From the NCBI GenBank assembly GCA_035534695.1, contig DATLRN010000035.1, positions 42,044-106,043 on the forward strand: a stretch of 64,000 nucleotides of DNA, written 5' to 3'. Position numbers and translations under genes: made by a program. The stretch's first letter is position 1, and every line of letters begins with the position of its first letter. Positions 46,800-60,341 of this stretch are shown in pieces. Under the pieces are notes generated by a model, which was not told the DNA's origin, did no database searches, and saw only the letters and a list, made by a program, of their open reading frames with translations. This DNA comes from Candidatus Dormiibacterota bacterium. GTDB lineage: Bacteria > Chloroflexota > Dormibacteria > Aeolococcales > Bog-877.

Positions 46800-48601
46800 G
46801 CCTTCTCCAGAGAGGTCCGCACCTCCTCAACCTGGGCTAGTAAGCGGCGACCGTCTTCGGGGACCTTGAAGGCGCCCGGCTCTGCCAGCCTGGCCTCCAG
46901 CTCTCTCTTCTCCAGTTCCAGGGCCTCGATCTCAAGCTCGGTATGGCGCCGGCTCTGCCCGGTTCCAGTGGGACCGGCCCCGGCGCGGGGGGCCTTCCCC
47001 TGAGCGGGGCGCTGGCGCCGACTGGGCGCCGCTTTGGGTGTACGCGAGCGGCGCTCGATCAGGCGGCCATCCTCGACCTCGTAAACGGTGCTGGCCACCG
47101 AGTCCACGAAGTAGCGGTCGTGGGAGACCAGCACCACGGCCCCCGGGTAGTGGCCCAGCGCCTCCTCCAGCACCTCTTGCGAGGGAATGTCGAGGTGGTT
47201 GGTGGGCTCATCGAGGAGCAGGCAGTTGGCGTCGTCCATGCCCAGTCGGGAGAGTGCCACCCGGGCCTTCTCACCGCCTGAGAGGTCCTTCACCCGGCTC
47301 AAGGCCCGCTCGCCGCTGAAGAGCATGGCCCCGAGCACCGCTCGAGCACGCTCAGGGAGCGAGCCGGGGTGGTCGTCGAGGAGGTTCTCCAGGACGGTGC
47401 GTTCGACGTCCAGGTCGGCGAAGTCCTGGTGATACTCCCGGATCCGGGCCCGGGCACCGGGGACGACTCGCCCTCGCACTGGTGGCAGTTGGCTCGCCAG
47501 AGTGTGCAGCAAGGTGGTCTTGCCCGAGCCGTTGGGACCAAGGATGGCGATCCGATCGCCCCGAGTGATCCCCTGGTTGGGAACCGAAAAGAGCTCCACC
47601 CCATCGCGACCGCAGCTGAGATCCTCGGTGCGCACCACCACCTGGGCACTGGGGGCCGCGTGCAGGGTGAGACGCATGCGCTGCAGCTCGGTTGGCTCAG
47701 GGACCCGCTCCAGCCGGTCCAGCAAGGTCTGCCGGCCCCGGGCCTGGCGGGCCCGCTGGCCCGCCTTGTAGCGTCGGATGTATTCCTCCTGGTGGGTGAT
47801 GTGGGCCTGCTGGGCCTCCCAGGTCCGGCGCCAGCGCAGTCGCCGCTCCTGGCGCTGTCGGAGGTAGCTGGTGTAGCCGCCGTCGTAGACCTCGGCGCGG
47901 CCCGAGGCCAGCTCGACGATGCGGTTGCAGACGCGCTCGAGAAGGCGGCGGTCGTGGGCCACTAGACAGAGGGTGCGAGCGCTCTGCAGGAGGTGGGCCT
48001 CGAGCCATTCGATGGCGGCCAGATCGAGGTGATTGGTGGGCTCGTCGAGGAGCAGCAGATCGACGTCCTGGAGCAGCAGCTTGCTCAACTCGAGCCGGCG
48101 TATCTGACCCACGCTGAGCTCCCGGGGGGATCGGCCTTGCTCCTCCTCACCCAGCCCAAGTCCATTCAGAACCGTCCTGGCCTTGGCTTCCAGTTCGTAT
48201 CCACCGAGGCCCTCGTAAGCGGATTGAACCTCGCCGTAGCGATGCAGCTGGGCTTCGCCTTCCGGCCCGGGAATCGTCAACACGTGCTCGAGGTGACCCA
48301 ACTCATCCCGGAGCCGGGCCAGGTCGGTACGGCTGGCCATGGCCTCGCCCAAGACCGTCTCAGCGACCGGTTCTGGTGACTCCTGGGGCAGGTGCGCCAG
48401 CAGAATCCGCCCTTGGCGGTCGAGCCTTCCTGAGCTTGGAGCCTGGGCCCCGGCGAGCAAGCTGAGCAGGCTCGACTTGCCCTCACCGTTGCTACCCACG
48501 ACCCCCAGTCGGTCCCCGGGCTCGAGCTTGAGATCGAGGCCGGAGAACACGACTCGGTCGGCGTACTCGACCGCTACATCGGAGCAGGTCAGCAGTGCCA
48601 C
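46757..48601 (-). CDS. ABC-F family ATPase (tandem ABC domains, no TM domain)
   Basis: Two Walker A sites ('GSNGEGKSS', 'GPNGSGKTT'), two 'LSGGE' signatures, an inter-domain linker and a charged C-terminal extension (614 aa). Confidence 0.88.
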   Translation of the reverse strand: MALLTCSDVAVEYADRVVFSGLDLKLEPGDRLGVVGSNGEGKSSLLSLLAGAQAPSSGRLDRQGRILLAHLPQESPEPVAETVLGEAMASRTDLARLRDELGHLEHVLTIPGPEGEAQLHRYGEVQSAYEGLGGYELEAKARTVLNGLGLGEEEQGRSPRELSVGQIRRLELSKLLLQDVDLLLLDEPTNHLDLAAIEWLEAHLLQSARTLCLVAHDRRLLERVCNRIVELASGRAEVYDGGYTSYLRQRQERRLRWRRTWEAQQAHITHQEEYIRRYKAGQRARQARGRQTLLDRLERVPEPTELQRMRLTLHAAPSAQVVVRTEDLSCGRDGVELFSVPNQGITRGDRIAILGPNGSGKTTLLHTLASQLPPVRGRVVPGARARIREYHQDFADLDVERTVLENLLDDHPGSLPERARAVLGAMLFSGERALSRVKDLSGGEKARVALSRLGMDDANCLLLDEPTNHLDIPSQEVLEEALGHYPGAVVLVSHDRYFVDSVASTVYEVEDGRLIERRSRTPKAAPSRRQRPAQGKAPRAGAGPTGTGQSRRHTELEIEALELEKRELEARLAEPGAFKVPEDGRRLLAQVEEVRTSLEKAYATWLAREPSTDR

Positions 48602-48655
48602 GGCGGCTCCATCGGGTCAGTGATCGCAACGTCCCGGCGCTGCGATACTCGAGAG

Positions 48656-50704
48656 GTGACCCAGTTCGAGCTACAGTCTCCCTTCACCCCGACCGGCGAC
48701 CAACCAACGGCGATTACCCAGCTCCGGGCAGGCGTGGCCCGGGGCGACCTGCAACAGGTCCTCCTCGGGGTCACCGGAAGCGGCAAGACTTTCACCATCT
48801 CCAACCTGATCGCGGATGTTCAGCGGCCGGTGCTGGTGCTGAGTCCCAACAAGACCCTGGCCGCCCAGCTCTGGGCTGAATTCCGGGCATTCTTTCCGAA
48901 GAATGCGGTCGAGTACTTCGTCTCGTACTACGACTACTACCAACCGGAAGCCTACATCGCCCGCACCGACACCTACATCGAGAAGGACTCCTCACGGAAC
49001 GAGGAGATCGATCGCCTGCGCAACGCCGCCACCCGGTCTCTGCTCACTCGTCGTGATGTCATCGTGGTGGCCTCGATCTCCTGCATTTACGGCATTGGCT
49101 CCCCGGAGAACTACCTCGGTGAATCGGTGGAGCTGGCTCTGGGCGGGAGCTGGCGGCGCGACATCTTGCTGCGCAAGCTGGTCGACTTGCAGTACGCCCG
49201 CAACGACCTCGACTTCGGCAGGAGTCGCTTCCGGGTGCGCGGTGACGTCATCGACATCCAACCGGCCTATGAGGAGATCGCCACCCGGGTGGAGTTCTTC
49301 GGCGACGTGGTCGAGCGAATCGTCGATTTCGATCCCCTGACCGGCGAGATCCTCGCCCAGCGGGAGGGGCTGACCGTCTTCCCCGCCTCTCACTACGTCA
49401 CCCCTAAGGACAAGTTGGCCAGGGCAATCGAGGCGATCGAGGCGGAGTTGGAGTGGCGCAGCGGGGAGCTGGAGCGCCAGGAAAAGTTGCTGGAGGCCCA
49501 GCGGCTCCGGCAGCGGACCATGTTCGACCTGGAGATGCTCCGGGAGACCGGCACCTGCGCCGGGGTCGAGAACTATTCCCGTCACCTGAGCGGCCGGAGG
49601 GAAGGGGAGAAGCCCTTCACTTTGATGGACTACCTGCCCCAGGACACTCTGATCGTGGTCGACGAATCCCACGTGGCGGTTCCCCAGATCGGGGGCATGT
49701 ACGGGGGTGACCGTTCCCGCAAGATCCCCCTCGTCGAGTACGGCTTCCGGCTACCTTCGGCCCTCGACAATCGTCCGCTCACCTTCAGCGAGTGGGAGTC
49801 CTCGGTGGGCCAGGTGGTCTACGTCTCGGCCACCCCCGGACCCTACGAGATGGAGCACTCGACCCAGGTGGTCGAGCAGCTGATTCGACCCACCGGTCTA
49901 CTCGATCCCACCATTGAGGTGCGCCAGTCCAAAGGTCAGGTGGACGACCTGCTGGCGGAGATCGGGCGGACGGTGGCGGCCTCGGAGCGCTGCCTTGTCA
50001 CCACCCTGACCAAGCGGATGGCCGAGGACCTGACCGACTATCTGCGTGAGGCCGGGGTCAAGGTTCAATACCTGCACTCGGACGTGGAGACCCTGGAACG
50101 GGTCGAGATTATTCGCGACCTCAGGCTCGGGGTCTTCGACGTGATCGTGGGGATCAACCTCCTCCGCGAGGGGTTGGACCTTCCCGAGGTCAGCTTCATC
50201 GCCATCCTCGACGCCGACAAGGAGGGCTACCTGCGCAGCTTCCGGTCCCTGATCCAGACTGCTGGTCGGGCGGCTCGCAACGTCAACGGGCGGGTGGTCA
50301 TGTATGCCGACCGCACCTCGGATGCCATGGCGGCGACCCTGGCCGAGACGGCCCGGCGCCGTCAGGTTCAGGCGGCCCACAACGAGACCCACGGCATCAC
50401 CCCGGCCTCCATCGTCAAGGCTGTCCGGGATCAGGAGATGGTCCGGGCCGAAATCCAGGAGGCGGCCGCCGAATTCCAGGACGCCGTCGGCCTGCCCCCC
50501 GACCAACTGCTGCGGTTGACCAAGGATGTGGAGAAGGCGATGCGCAAGGCGGCCTCCAACTTGGAGTTTGAGCGCGCCGCCCAGATGCGCGACCGCCTGG
50601 TGGCCCTGCGCCGGATGGCTACCGACATGGGCCAAGGCCCCAGCCAGGGCTCCACCTCCCGCCATCCCGCCGGCCGGTCGGGCCGTCGCTCCCCGCGTAG
50701 CTGA
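48656..50704 (+). CDS. uvrB: Excinuclease ABC subunit B
   Basis: '[17 protein letters not shown]', Walker A '[10 protein letters not shown]', the beta-hairpin '[10 protein letters not shown]', and a C-terminal UVR domain. The likely start is the GTG at 48656. Confidence 0.93.
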   Translation: MTQFELQSPFTPTGDQPTAITQLRAGVARGDLQQVLLGVTGSGKTFTISNLIADVQRPVLVLSPNKTLAAQLWAEFRAFFPKNAVEYFVSYYDYYQPEAYIARTDTYIEKDSSRNEEIDRLRNAATRSLLTRRDVIVVASISCIYGIGSPENYLGESVELALGGSWRRDILLRKLVDLQYARNDLDFGRSRFRVRGDVIDIQPAYEEIATRVEFFGDVVERIVDFDPLTGEILAQREGLTVFPASHYVTPKDKLARAIEAIEAELEWRSGELERQEKLLEAQRLRQRTMFDLEMLRETGTCAGVENYSRHLSGRREGEKPFTLMDYLPQDTLIVVDESHVAVPQIGGMYGGDRSRKIPLVEYGFRLPSALDNRPLTFSEWESSVGQVVYVSATPGPYEMEHSTQVVEQLIRPTGLLDPTIEVRQSKGQVDDLLAEIGRTVAASERCLVTTLTKRMAEDLTDYLREAGVKVQYLHSDVETLERVEIIRDLRLGVFDVIVGINLLREGLDLPEVSFIAILDADKEGYLRSFRSLIQTAGRAARNVNGRVVMYADRTSDAMAATLAETARRRQVQAAHNETHGITPASIVKAVRDQEMVRAEIQEAAAEFQDAVGLPPDQLLRLTKDVEKAMRKAASNLEFERAAQMRDRLVALRRMATDMGQGPSQGSTSRHPAGRSGRRSPRS

Positions 50705-50792
50705 CTCGCAGTCGTTGGGCCGGTAGACCCGAACGGTCCTTCGAACGGCGAAACTGGCCTAGCTAGCCGGCCAAGCACAAAGGAGGGCATCC

Positions 50793-51221
50793 ATGACCGT
50801 CAGGACAGCGCGAGCCAGTTGGGCTCCCAGCAAGCAAGGCGGCGGTGGCGGCAACATCCGTACGGAGAGTGGCACGATCAGCGTCCCGTATAGTGCCGGC
50901 GCCCGCTTCGGCTCCGACCCGGGCACCAATCCCGAAGAGCTTCTCGGGGCCGCCCATGCCGCCTGCTTCAACATGGCGCTGGCCGCGGGTTTGAAGGGCT
51001 CGGGGCACCCGGCCGCTCGGTTGGAGACCGCCGCCGAGGTCACCCTGGAGAAGCTCACCGAGGGGTATCGGATCACCACCATCCACCTGATCACGGCGGC
51101 CGAGGTGCCCGACATCACTGAGGAGGAGTTCCAGGAGCAAGCTCACCAGACCAAGCTTTCCTGCCCGGTGTCCAAGGCGCTCGCCGGATGCGACATCTTT
51201 CTCGAGGCCAAGCTCACCTGA
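50793..51221 (+). CDS. OsmC/Ohr family peroxiredoxin-like protein
   Basis: 142 aa carrying the two conserved Cys-containing motifs 'AAHAACF' and 'LSCPVSKAL'. Confidence 0.8.
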   Translation: MTVRTARASWAPSKQGGGGGNIRTESGTISVPYSAGARFGSDPGTNPEELLGAAHAACFNMALAAGLKGSGHPAARLETAAEVTLEKLTEGYRITTIHLITAAEVPDITEEEFQEQAHQTKLSCPVSKALAGCDIFLEAKLT

Positions 51222-51309
51222 CCGAGCTCCTGTCTAGCCCCGCCTGACCTCCCGACGAGGCCTTCGACAAGGGTTTGCCGGTAGGGGTGGGACGGTACGC
51301 TAGACAGGC

Positions 51310-54189
<2,880 letters not shown>

Positions 54190-54343
54190 AGCCTTCGGGC
54201 GGCGCCGAACCCCCGCACCAAGAGCCGGCCCGCAACTTTCAGGGATGGCAGCGCCGCGCCTGTCTGATTCTGGTGGGGCTCTTGCTGCTCCTCACCATCC
54301 TTCTAGTGATCACCGCGACCCTGGGCGCCCTGGGGGTCGGCTG

Positions 54344-56272
54344 ATGGCCGCCGCTGACCCTGGCCACGACTCGGGCCGGGCGACAGCGACCAAGCTCCGC
54401 CTCAGCCCGGCACTGCTCCGGGCCCGGCTGAGGGCGGCACCCACCACCCCCGGCGTCTACCTCTTTCGGGGAGCGCAGGGCCAGGTGATCTATGTCGGGA
54501 AGTCGAGCAACCTGCAGGATCGGTTACGCAGTTACTTCAGCGGCTGGGCCTCCCATCCGGAGCGGATCCGGCGCTTGGTCGACGCCGTCTCCGACTTCGA
54601 GGTGATCGCGGCCAGTAGCGAGCAGCACGCTCTAATCCTGGAAAACACGCTGATCAAGCGCCATCACCCCCGCTTCAACCTGCGCCTCCGCGATGACAAG
54701 AATTACCTCTATTTCCGCATCCCCACCCCGGTCGCGAAGGACCCCCAGGTCGTTCCCGAAGATCCCAAAGAGAAGCTGCTGGCCTTTCCACGGCCCACAT
54801 TTGGCCGTCGCCTGGGCGGGGAGGGGGAACGCTCCTTCGGTCCCTACACCGACGCCAAATCGCTGCGCCGGTCGGTGCGGGAGATCCGCACTGTCTTCCC
54901 CTTCCGGGGCTGCGCCGATGCCATCTTCCGCAGAGGCCGGGTCTGCCTCGACTATCACCTGGGCATATGCGCCGGGCCCTGTGCCGGGCTGATCAACCCG
55001 GCGCCCTATGCGGCCCTGCTCGACGATGCCGCCGCGTTCCTGGACGGCCGCGTGGGCGCGGTCACCGAGCGGCTCGGTTCGGAGATGAAGCGGGCCAGCG
55101 AGGCCCTGGAGTTCGAGCGGGCCGCCGCGCTGCGGGACCGGCTCCACACGGTGAACAAGATGATCCAGGAACAAGGCCGCGTTTATCACCTCGGCACCGA
55201 CGTCGATGGGATCGGTGTCGCCGTCGAAGGCGGCCAGGGGATGGCGGCGGTACTGTTGGTGAGAGACGGACGGCTCCAGGGGATGGAACGACATCCCCTG
55301 GAGGGGGTGGGGGACCTGACGGCAGCGGAGGTGGTTTCCGGCTTCGTCGCCCAGTACTACGCCAACTCCACCCATGTGCCGCGGGCGCTCTACTTGCCTG
55401 CGGCACCGATCGACGCCGACCTGTTGACCGAATTCCTGGGCAACCGCCGTCAAGGCCGGGTCGAGGTGTTGGTTCCCCGGCGGGGTCGGTTCCGCGAGCT
55501 TCTGAAGCGGGCTCAGGAGACCGCCGCTGCGTCACTGGGACAGGCTCGGATCGCCCAGGATTTCGACGCCGGTCGCGTCTCCAAGGTGCTTGAGGACCTG
55601 GGCCAGCACCTGGGGCTGGCCCAGCTTCCGCGACGGATCGAGTGTTACGACATCAGCAACACCATGGGCGAGCAGAGTGTCGGATCCATGGTGGTCTTCG
55701 AGGACGCCCGACCCAAGACCTCTGATTACCGGATCTTCACCATCCGCTCCGTGGAGGGGCCCAACGACTTCGCCAGCCTGGAGGAGGTGCTCTCGCGACG
55801 CTTGGCTCACATCGGCCAGGCTGACGAGCGGGACGAAAGTCTGGGGGTTCGGCCTGACCTGATCATCGTCGACGGGGGAGCGGGCCAACTGGCGGCAGCG
55901 CACAGAGCTCTGACAAAGCTTGGCCTAGCCGACCTGCCCCACTTCGGCTTGGCCAAGCGCTTCGAGGAGCTATACGTGCCCGAGCAAGCCGAGCCGACGC
56001 ATCTTCCGGAAGGGAGTGCCGCGCTCTTCTTGGTCCAGCGCCTCCGTGACGAGGCGCACCGGTTTGCCATTACCCGCCACCGGGCCAAGCGCGCCAAGGC
56101 AGGGGTCCGCTCCCGGCTCGATGAGATTGGAGGGCTTGGCCCCAAGCGCAAGCGGGCGCTGCTCCAGCGCTTCGGCTCGGTCGAGGGTATCCGGGCCGCC
56201 TCCTGGGAAGAACTTACCGCGGTGCCCGGAGTTACTCGGGTCGTTGCCGCCGCCATCAAAGAGATTCTGTGA
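54344..56272 (+). CDS. uvrC: Excinuclease ABC subunit C
   Basis: GIY-YIG 'GVYLFRGAQGQVIYVGKSSNL', a UVR domain, the endonuclease V-like C-terminal domain and (HhH)2. Start at the internal ATG at 54344. Confidence 0.92.
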   Translation: MAAADPGHDSGRATATKLRLSPALLRARLRAAPTTPGVYLFRGAQGQVIYVGKSSNLQDRLRSYFSGWASHPERIRRLVDAVSDFEVIAASSEQHALILENTLIKRHHPRFNLRLRDDKNYLYFRIPTPVAKDPQVVPEDPKEKLLAFPRPTFGRRLGGEGERSFGPYTDAKSLRRSVREIRTVFPFRGCADAIFRRGRVCLDYHLGICAGPCAGLINPAPYAALLDDAAAFLDGRVGAVTERLGSEMKRASEALEFERAAALRDRLHTVNKMIQEQGRVYHLGTDVDGIGVAVEGGQGMAAVLLVRDGRLQGMERHPLEGVGDLTAAEVVSGFVAQYYANSTHVPRALYLPAAPIDADLLTEFLGNRRQGRVEVLVPRRGRFRELLKRAQETAAASLGQARIAQDFDAGRVSKVLEDLGQHLGLAQLPRRIECYDISNTMGEQSVGSMVVFEDARPKTSDYRIFTIRSVEGPNDFASLEEVLSRRLAHIGQADERDESLGVRPDLIIVDGGAGQLAAAHRALTKLGLADLPHFGLAKRFEELYVPEQAEPTHLPEGSAALFLVQRLRDEAHRFAITRHRAKRAKAGVRSRLDEIGGLGPKRKRALLQRFGSVEGIRAASWEELTAVPGVTRVVAAAIKEIL

Positions 56273-57072
56273 ACCAGGCCAGCGCCCCTGCTCTACCGGC
56301 GGGAGTTCTGGTCTTCGGACCGCCCGGAGCCGGAGTGCCCGCAGTCACCGCCGCCTTGACCAGGGCTGGAGTGGCAGCCGCTGGATGGGAGGGCGGACCC
56401 GAACCCCATCTGGCCGCCGATCCCGACAACCTGACCCCCGGTCAAAGCCCGGTGCTGCTGGCACTGGAAGCCGCCGACGGGACCTGCTTGGAACGAACCG
56501 TGCCACCCTGGGCGGAGCGGCAGCTCTCGACCGGGGCGGCCCAGGCCGTTCGCCAGTTGGCGGAGACCAGGGAACGCCTCTTTGCCGCCCGACTGCGGGC
56601 GGACGTGCTTCTCGACAGCACCCATCTCACTGCCTCGGTGCTGAGCGCCCGAGCGCGCCAGCTCGATCTGGTTCTCGGCCCCCTGCCGGCCGAGAAGCCG
56701 GTGGTGGTCGTCGAGTCTTTCGGTTACCCCAGAGGGGTGCCCCTAGATCTGGGCTGGTGCGTCGACACCCGGGCTTTGCGAAATCCCTTCTGGGAGCCCA
56801 GCCTGCGCATGCTCTCGGGTCTGGATCCCCGGGTACGAGATTTCGTGCTCGGCCAGCACCTGGCGGCCAAGATTGTCCAAGACCTGGAGAGTCTGGTGGC
56901 CTCGCTCCTACCCGAGTTGCAGGCCCGCTCCCGGCGGACCCTCCGGCTGGCGGTCGGATGTACCGGGGGATACCACCGCTCGGTGGCCATCGCCGAGGAA
57001 CTGGGAGGCCGCCTCGGGGCCCAGGGACTCAGCGTACTCATCTGGCACCGAGACCTGCCCGAGCGCCCCTAG
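56269..57072 (+). CDS. rapZ: RapZ/YvcJ-family protein (UPF0042) with a degenerate N-terminal P-loop
   Basis: The C-terminal domain is a strong match ('RALRNPFWEPSLRMLSGLDPRVRDFVL', 'LAVGCTGGYHRSVAIAEEL', 'IWHRDL'). The N-terminal Walker A reads 'GPPGAGVPAV', where Lys and Ser/Thr of GxxGxGK[ST] are missing. The position after uvrC is conserved. Confidence 0.8.
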   Translation: MNQASAPALPAGVLVFGPPGAGVPAVTAALTRAGVAAAGWEGGPEPHLAADPDNLTPGQSPVLLALEAADGTCLERTVPPWAERQLSTGAAQAVRQLAETRERLFAARLRADVLLDSTHLTASVLSARARQLDLVLGPLPAEKPVVVVESFGYPRGVPLDLGWCVDTRALRNPFWEPSLRMLSGLDPRVRDFVLGQHLAAKIVQDLESLVASLLPELQARSRRTLRLAVGCTGGYHRSVAIAEELGGRLGAQGLSVLIWHRDLPERP

Positions 57073-57162
57073 GCCTGACTTCAATGCTTCCCCAAGCGGA
57101 GAGACCGCACGCCGCCTCTATACTCGCGAGCGGAATGGCCCCGATCGGGAGGTAGGCCAGTT

Positions 57163-58188
57163 TTGGCAACACGCGTAGCGGTCAATGGATTTGGCAGAAT
57201 CGGTCGTAACGTCCTCCGCGCGGCGCGAGGCAATGCCGGCTTCGAGATCGTGGCTGCCAACGATATCGGTACTCCACATCAGCTGGCCCATCTACTCCAA
57301 TACGATTCGACCCTGGGCCGGTATCCGGGCGAAGTGAGTTACACCGACAGTTCCATCGTCGTCGACGGCAAAGCTGTCCAGATCTTCTCGGCCAGGGCTC
57401 CGGGCGACATCGATTGGGCAGCCCTGGGAGTGGAGATCGTGATCGAGTCGTCCGGTCTGTTCACCAGAGCGGAACAAGCTCGGGCACACATCAGTAAGGG
57501 CGGCGCAAAAAAGGTGATCATCACCGCCCCCGCCCAAGGCGAGGACCTGACCGTGTGCATGGGCGTCAACGACGACACGTACGACCCCGGCCAACACCAC
57601 GTAATCTCCAACGCCTCCTGCACCACCAACTGCCTGGCGCCGGTCGCCAAGGTGGTCCACGAAAGCTTCGGTATCGAGAGCGGTCTCATGACCACGGTGC
57701 ACGCCTACACCGGGGACCAACGGCTGCTCGACGCACCACATCCCGATCTCCGTCGGGCGCGAGCCGCAGCCTTGTCCTTGATCCCGACCAGTAGCGGCGC
57801 GGCTGAGGCGGTGGCCAAGGTGCTCCCCGCTCTGGCCGGTCGCTTCCACGGCTTTGCGCTACGAGTGCCGGTACCCGACGTATCCATGGTCGACTTCACG
57901 GTGCTGACCACCAAGGCGACCAGCGCTGAAGAGGTCAATGAGGCGCTCCGGGCCAGTGCTCGCGATGGCCTTGAAGGCATCCTCCGGGTGGAGGAGGAAA
58001 CCCTGGTCTCCATCGACTTCCGCGGCGACTCCTACTCGGCGGTGGTTGACGCGCCCCTCACCGTCATGGCCGGAGACCGGCATCTCAAAGTACTCGCCTG
58101 GTACGACAACGAGTGGGGCTACTCCTGCCGGGTCGCCGACCTAACCGCGCTGGTCGCCAGCAGCTTGCCGGGCGGAGCGACCAGCTGA
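57163..58188 (+). CDS. gap: Glyceraldehyde-3-phosphate dehydrogenase
   Basis: 'VAVNGFGRIGRNV' and the catalytic 'ASCTTNCLAP'. Confidence 0.96.
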   Translation: MATRVAVNGFGRIGRNVLRAARGNAGFEIVAANDIGTPHQLAHLLQYDSTLGRYPGEVSYTDSSIVVDGKAVQIFSARAPGDIDWAALGVEIVIESSGLFTRAEQARAHISKGGAKKVIITAPAQGEDLTVCMGVNDDTYDPGQHHVISNASCTTNCLAPVAKVVHESFGIESGLMTTVHAYTGDQRLLDAPHPDLRRARAAALSLIPTSSGAAEAVAKVLPALAGRFHGFALRVPVPDVSMVDFTVLTTKATSAEEVNEALRASARDGLEGILRVEEETLVSIDFRGDSYSAVVDAPLTVMAGDRHLKVLAWYDNEWGYSCRVADLTALVASSLPGGATS

Positions 58189-58189
58189 G

Positions 58190-59422
58190 ATGGCGGCCCC
58201 GGGGTCGACCCGCAAGGCGGGGCTCGACGATATCGACCCCGGCGGCAAGCGGGTCCTACTTCGCGTGGACTTCAACACTCCCCTCACCGACGACGGCACG
58301 GTACGCGATGAGAGCCGCCTGGTGGCCACCCTGCCCACCATCCGCGAGCTGCAAGGCCGGGGGGCGGCTGTAGTAATTGCGACCCACCTGGGCCGTCCCC
58401 GGGGCCAGGTCGATCCCCGCCTCAGCTCGCACCAATTGGCAAGAGCCCTGGAGCGGTTGCTAGGGAGTCCCGTCGAATGGGTGGACGACTGTGTCGGAGA
58501 GGAGGTGGAAAAGAGGGTCAAGGAACTCCGGCCGGGGCAGGTCCTCCTTCTTGAGAACCTCCGCTTCCACAAGGGCGAGGAAGCCAACGACCCCGCCTTC
58601 GCTCGCCGACTGGCGGCGCTTGGCGACATCTACGTGGATGACGCCTTCGGGGCCGCCCATCGAGCTCATGCGTCGATCGAAGCTGTCGCCCGCCTCCTGC
58701 CCGCAGTTGCCGGTAGGTTGATGGCCAGCGAGATCACTGCCCTCGACTCGGTCCTGGACGACCCGCGACGACCAATGATGGCGGTCATGGGGGGTAGCAA
58801 ACTGAGTACCAAGCTGGGGTTGATAACCAGCCTGATTGATCGCGTCGATACCCTGTGCCTCGGCGGAGCGATGGCAGCGACCTTTCTCAAGGCGGGTGAC
58901 CGCGAGGTGGGACGCTCCCTGGTCGAGGACGATTTCTTGGAAAAGGCGTCCGCCCTGGTTCGTCGGGCAGCCGACCATCACGTCAACCTGCAACTCCCAA
59001 GCGATGCCGTGGTGGCCGTCTCACCGGAAGCAGTAGCCGAGGCGGTACAGATCTGCTCGGTGGAGGAGATCCCGCCTGACGAGATGATCTTGGACGTGGG
59101 ACCAACGACCGTGGAATGCTGGGGCAAGCTGGCAATGGCATCCAGGACCATCGTCTGGAACGGCCCCCTGGGGTTCTACGAGAGGCCCCTGTTCAGCCAA
59201 GGAACAAAGCAACTGGCGGAAGCGGTCGCGGCCAGCCCGGCGGTGAGCGTCACCGGCGGTGGCGACCTCCATGCGGCGCTCCATGAACTGGGGTTGGACC
59301 GATGTTTTACTCACGTCAGCACCGGGGGCGGAGCCACCCTCGCTTACCTGGAGGGTGAGAAGCTTCCCGGCATCTCGGTCTTGCTGGACGCCCCCTTGGC
59401 GGCCGGCCCGGCCGCCCCGTGA
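58190..59422 (+). CDS. pgk: Phosphoglycerate kinase
   Basis: 'RVDFNTPL', 'ATHLGRP' and the hinge/ATP motifs 'GGGA...LEG'. Confidence 0.95.
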   Translation: MAAPGSTRKAGLDDIDPGGKRVLLRVDFNTPLTDDGTVRDESRLVATLPTIRELQGRGAAVVIATHLGRPRGQVDPRLSSHQLARALERLLGSPVEWVDDCVGEEVEKRVKELRPGQVLLLENLRFHKGEEANDPAFARRLAALGDIYVDDAFGAAHRAHASIEAVARLLPAVAGRLMASEITALDSVLDDPRRPMMAVMGGSKLSTKLGLITSLIDRVDTLCLGGAMAATFLKAGDREVGRSLVEDDFLEKASALVRRAADHHVNLQLPSDAVVAVSPEAVAEAVQICSVEEIPPDEMILDVGPTTVECWGKLAMASRTIVWNGPLGFYERPLFSQGTKQLAEAVAASPAVSVTGGGDLHAALHELGLDRCFTHVSTGGGATLAYLEGEKLPGISVLLDAPLAAGPAAP

Positions 59423-60195
59423 ACGTCTCGGTTCGCCGCCCTTTGGTGGCGGGTAACTGGAAGATGCACACGACGGTCCCCGAGGCCATCAACCTCACCA
59501 CTGCCATCCGTCAGAAACTTGCGCCCCAACCGCAGGCCGAGGTCCTGCTCCTGCCGCCGTACATCTCGCTCTGGCCGGTGCAGCAATTGCTGCTCAACGA
59601 ACCGCGAATCGGGGTGGGCGCCCAGGACTGCTACTGGGAGAAGGAAGGGGCCTACACCGGGCAGGTATCCGCTGCGATGTTGCGCGATTCCTGCCAGTAC
59701 CTGCTGGTCGGTCACAGCGAACGTCGTCACCTCTTCGGCGATGACGATGATGCGGTGCGGCGGAAGTTGGTGGCCGGACTCGAGGCGGGGCTGACGCCCC
59801 TGTTGGCAGTGGGCGAGACCGAACCGGAGCGGAAGCTAGACAAGACGGAAGCGGTACTCGAGCGCCAGGTCAAGACTGCCCTGTCAGGACTTCCTGAAGC
59901 TGATCTTCGGCGCTGCGTTCTCGCCTATGAACCGGTCTGGGCGATCGGTACTGGGAAGACGGCTCAGAGCGACGACATTGCAACTGCCATGGCCGGCATC
60001 CGTGCTCAGCTGGACGAGATGAGCGCGGGTGCCGGAGCCGTCGTCCGGGTCCTCTATGGCGGCAGTGTCAGCGCCGAGTCCGCCCGGGACGTTCTGGATT
60101 TAGCCGAAGTGGACGGAGCCTTGGTCGGGGGTGCCAGTCTCGAGGCCGACGACTTCTGCGCGATCGTCGCGGCAGCTGCCGGTCCGGGAGCTTGA
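59419..60195 (+). CDS. tpiA: Triosephosphate isomerase
   Basis: 'VAGNWKMH', 'GHSERR' and 'AYEPVWAIGTG'. Confidence 0.95.
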   Translation: MNVSVRRPLVAGNWKMHTTVPEAINLTTAIRQKLAPQPQAEVLLLPPYISLWPVQQLLLNEPRIGVGAQDCYWEKEGAYTGQVSAAMLRDSCQYLLVGHSERRHLFGDDDDAVRRKLVAGLEAGLTPLLAVGETEPERKLDKTEAVLERQVKTALSGLPEADLRRCVLAYEPVWAIGTGKTAQSDDIATAMAGIRAQLDEMSAGAGAVVRVLYGGSVSAESARDVLDLAEVDGALVGGASLEADDFCAIVAAAAGPGA

Positions 60196-60341
60196 ACCAG
60201 CAATAACTGGCCAAGTCGGCGGATGGTAGGCTCACCTTGCCGTCCAGCACGTTTTCGCAGCCATCACTGGCGAGCGAGACGAGCCGCCAACTCGGGTCTC
60301 GCGCCTCTCGCTGGCGGGGCTCGGCCCGGAGAAGCAATCCC

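Noticed and set aside
51222-51309. 'TTCGACAAGGGTTTGCC' upstream of uvrA as a LexA/SOS box
   Set aside because: It is only a loose resemblance to GAAC-N4-GTTC and the halves are not symmetric. Without the organism's LexA motif it is not supportable.
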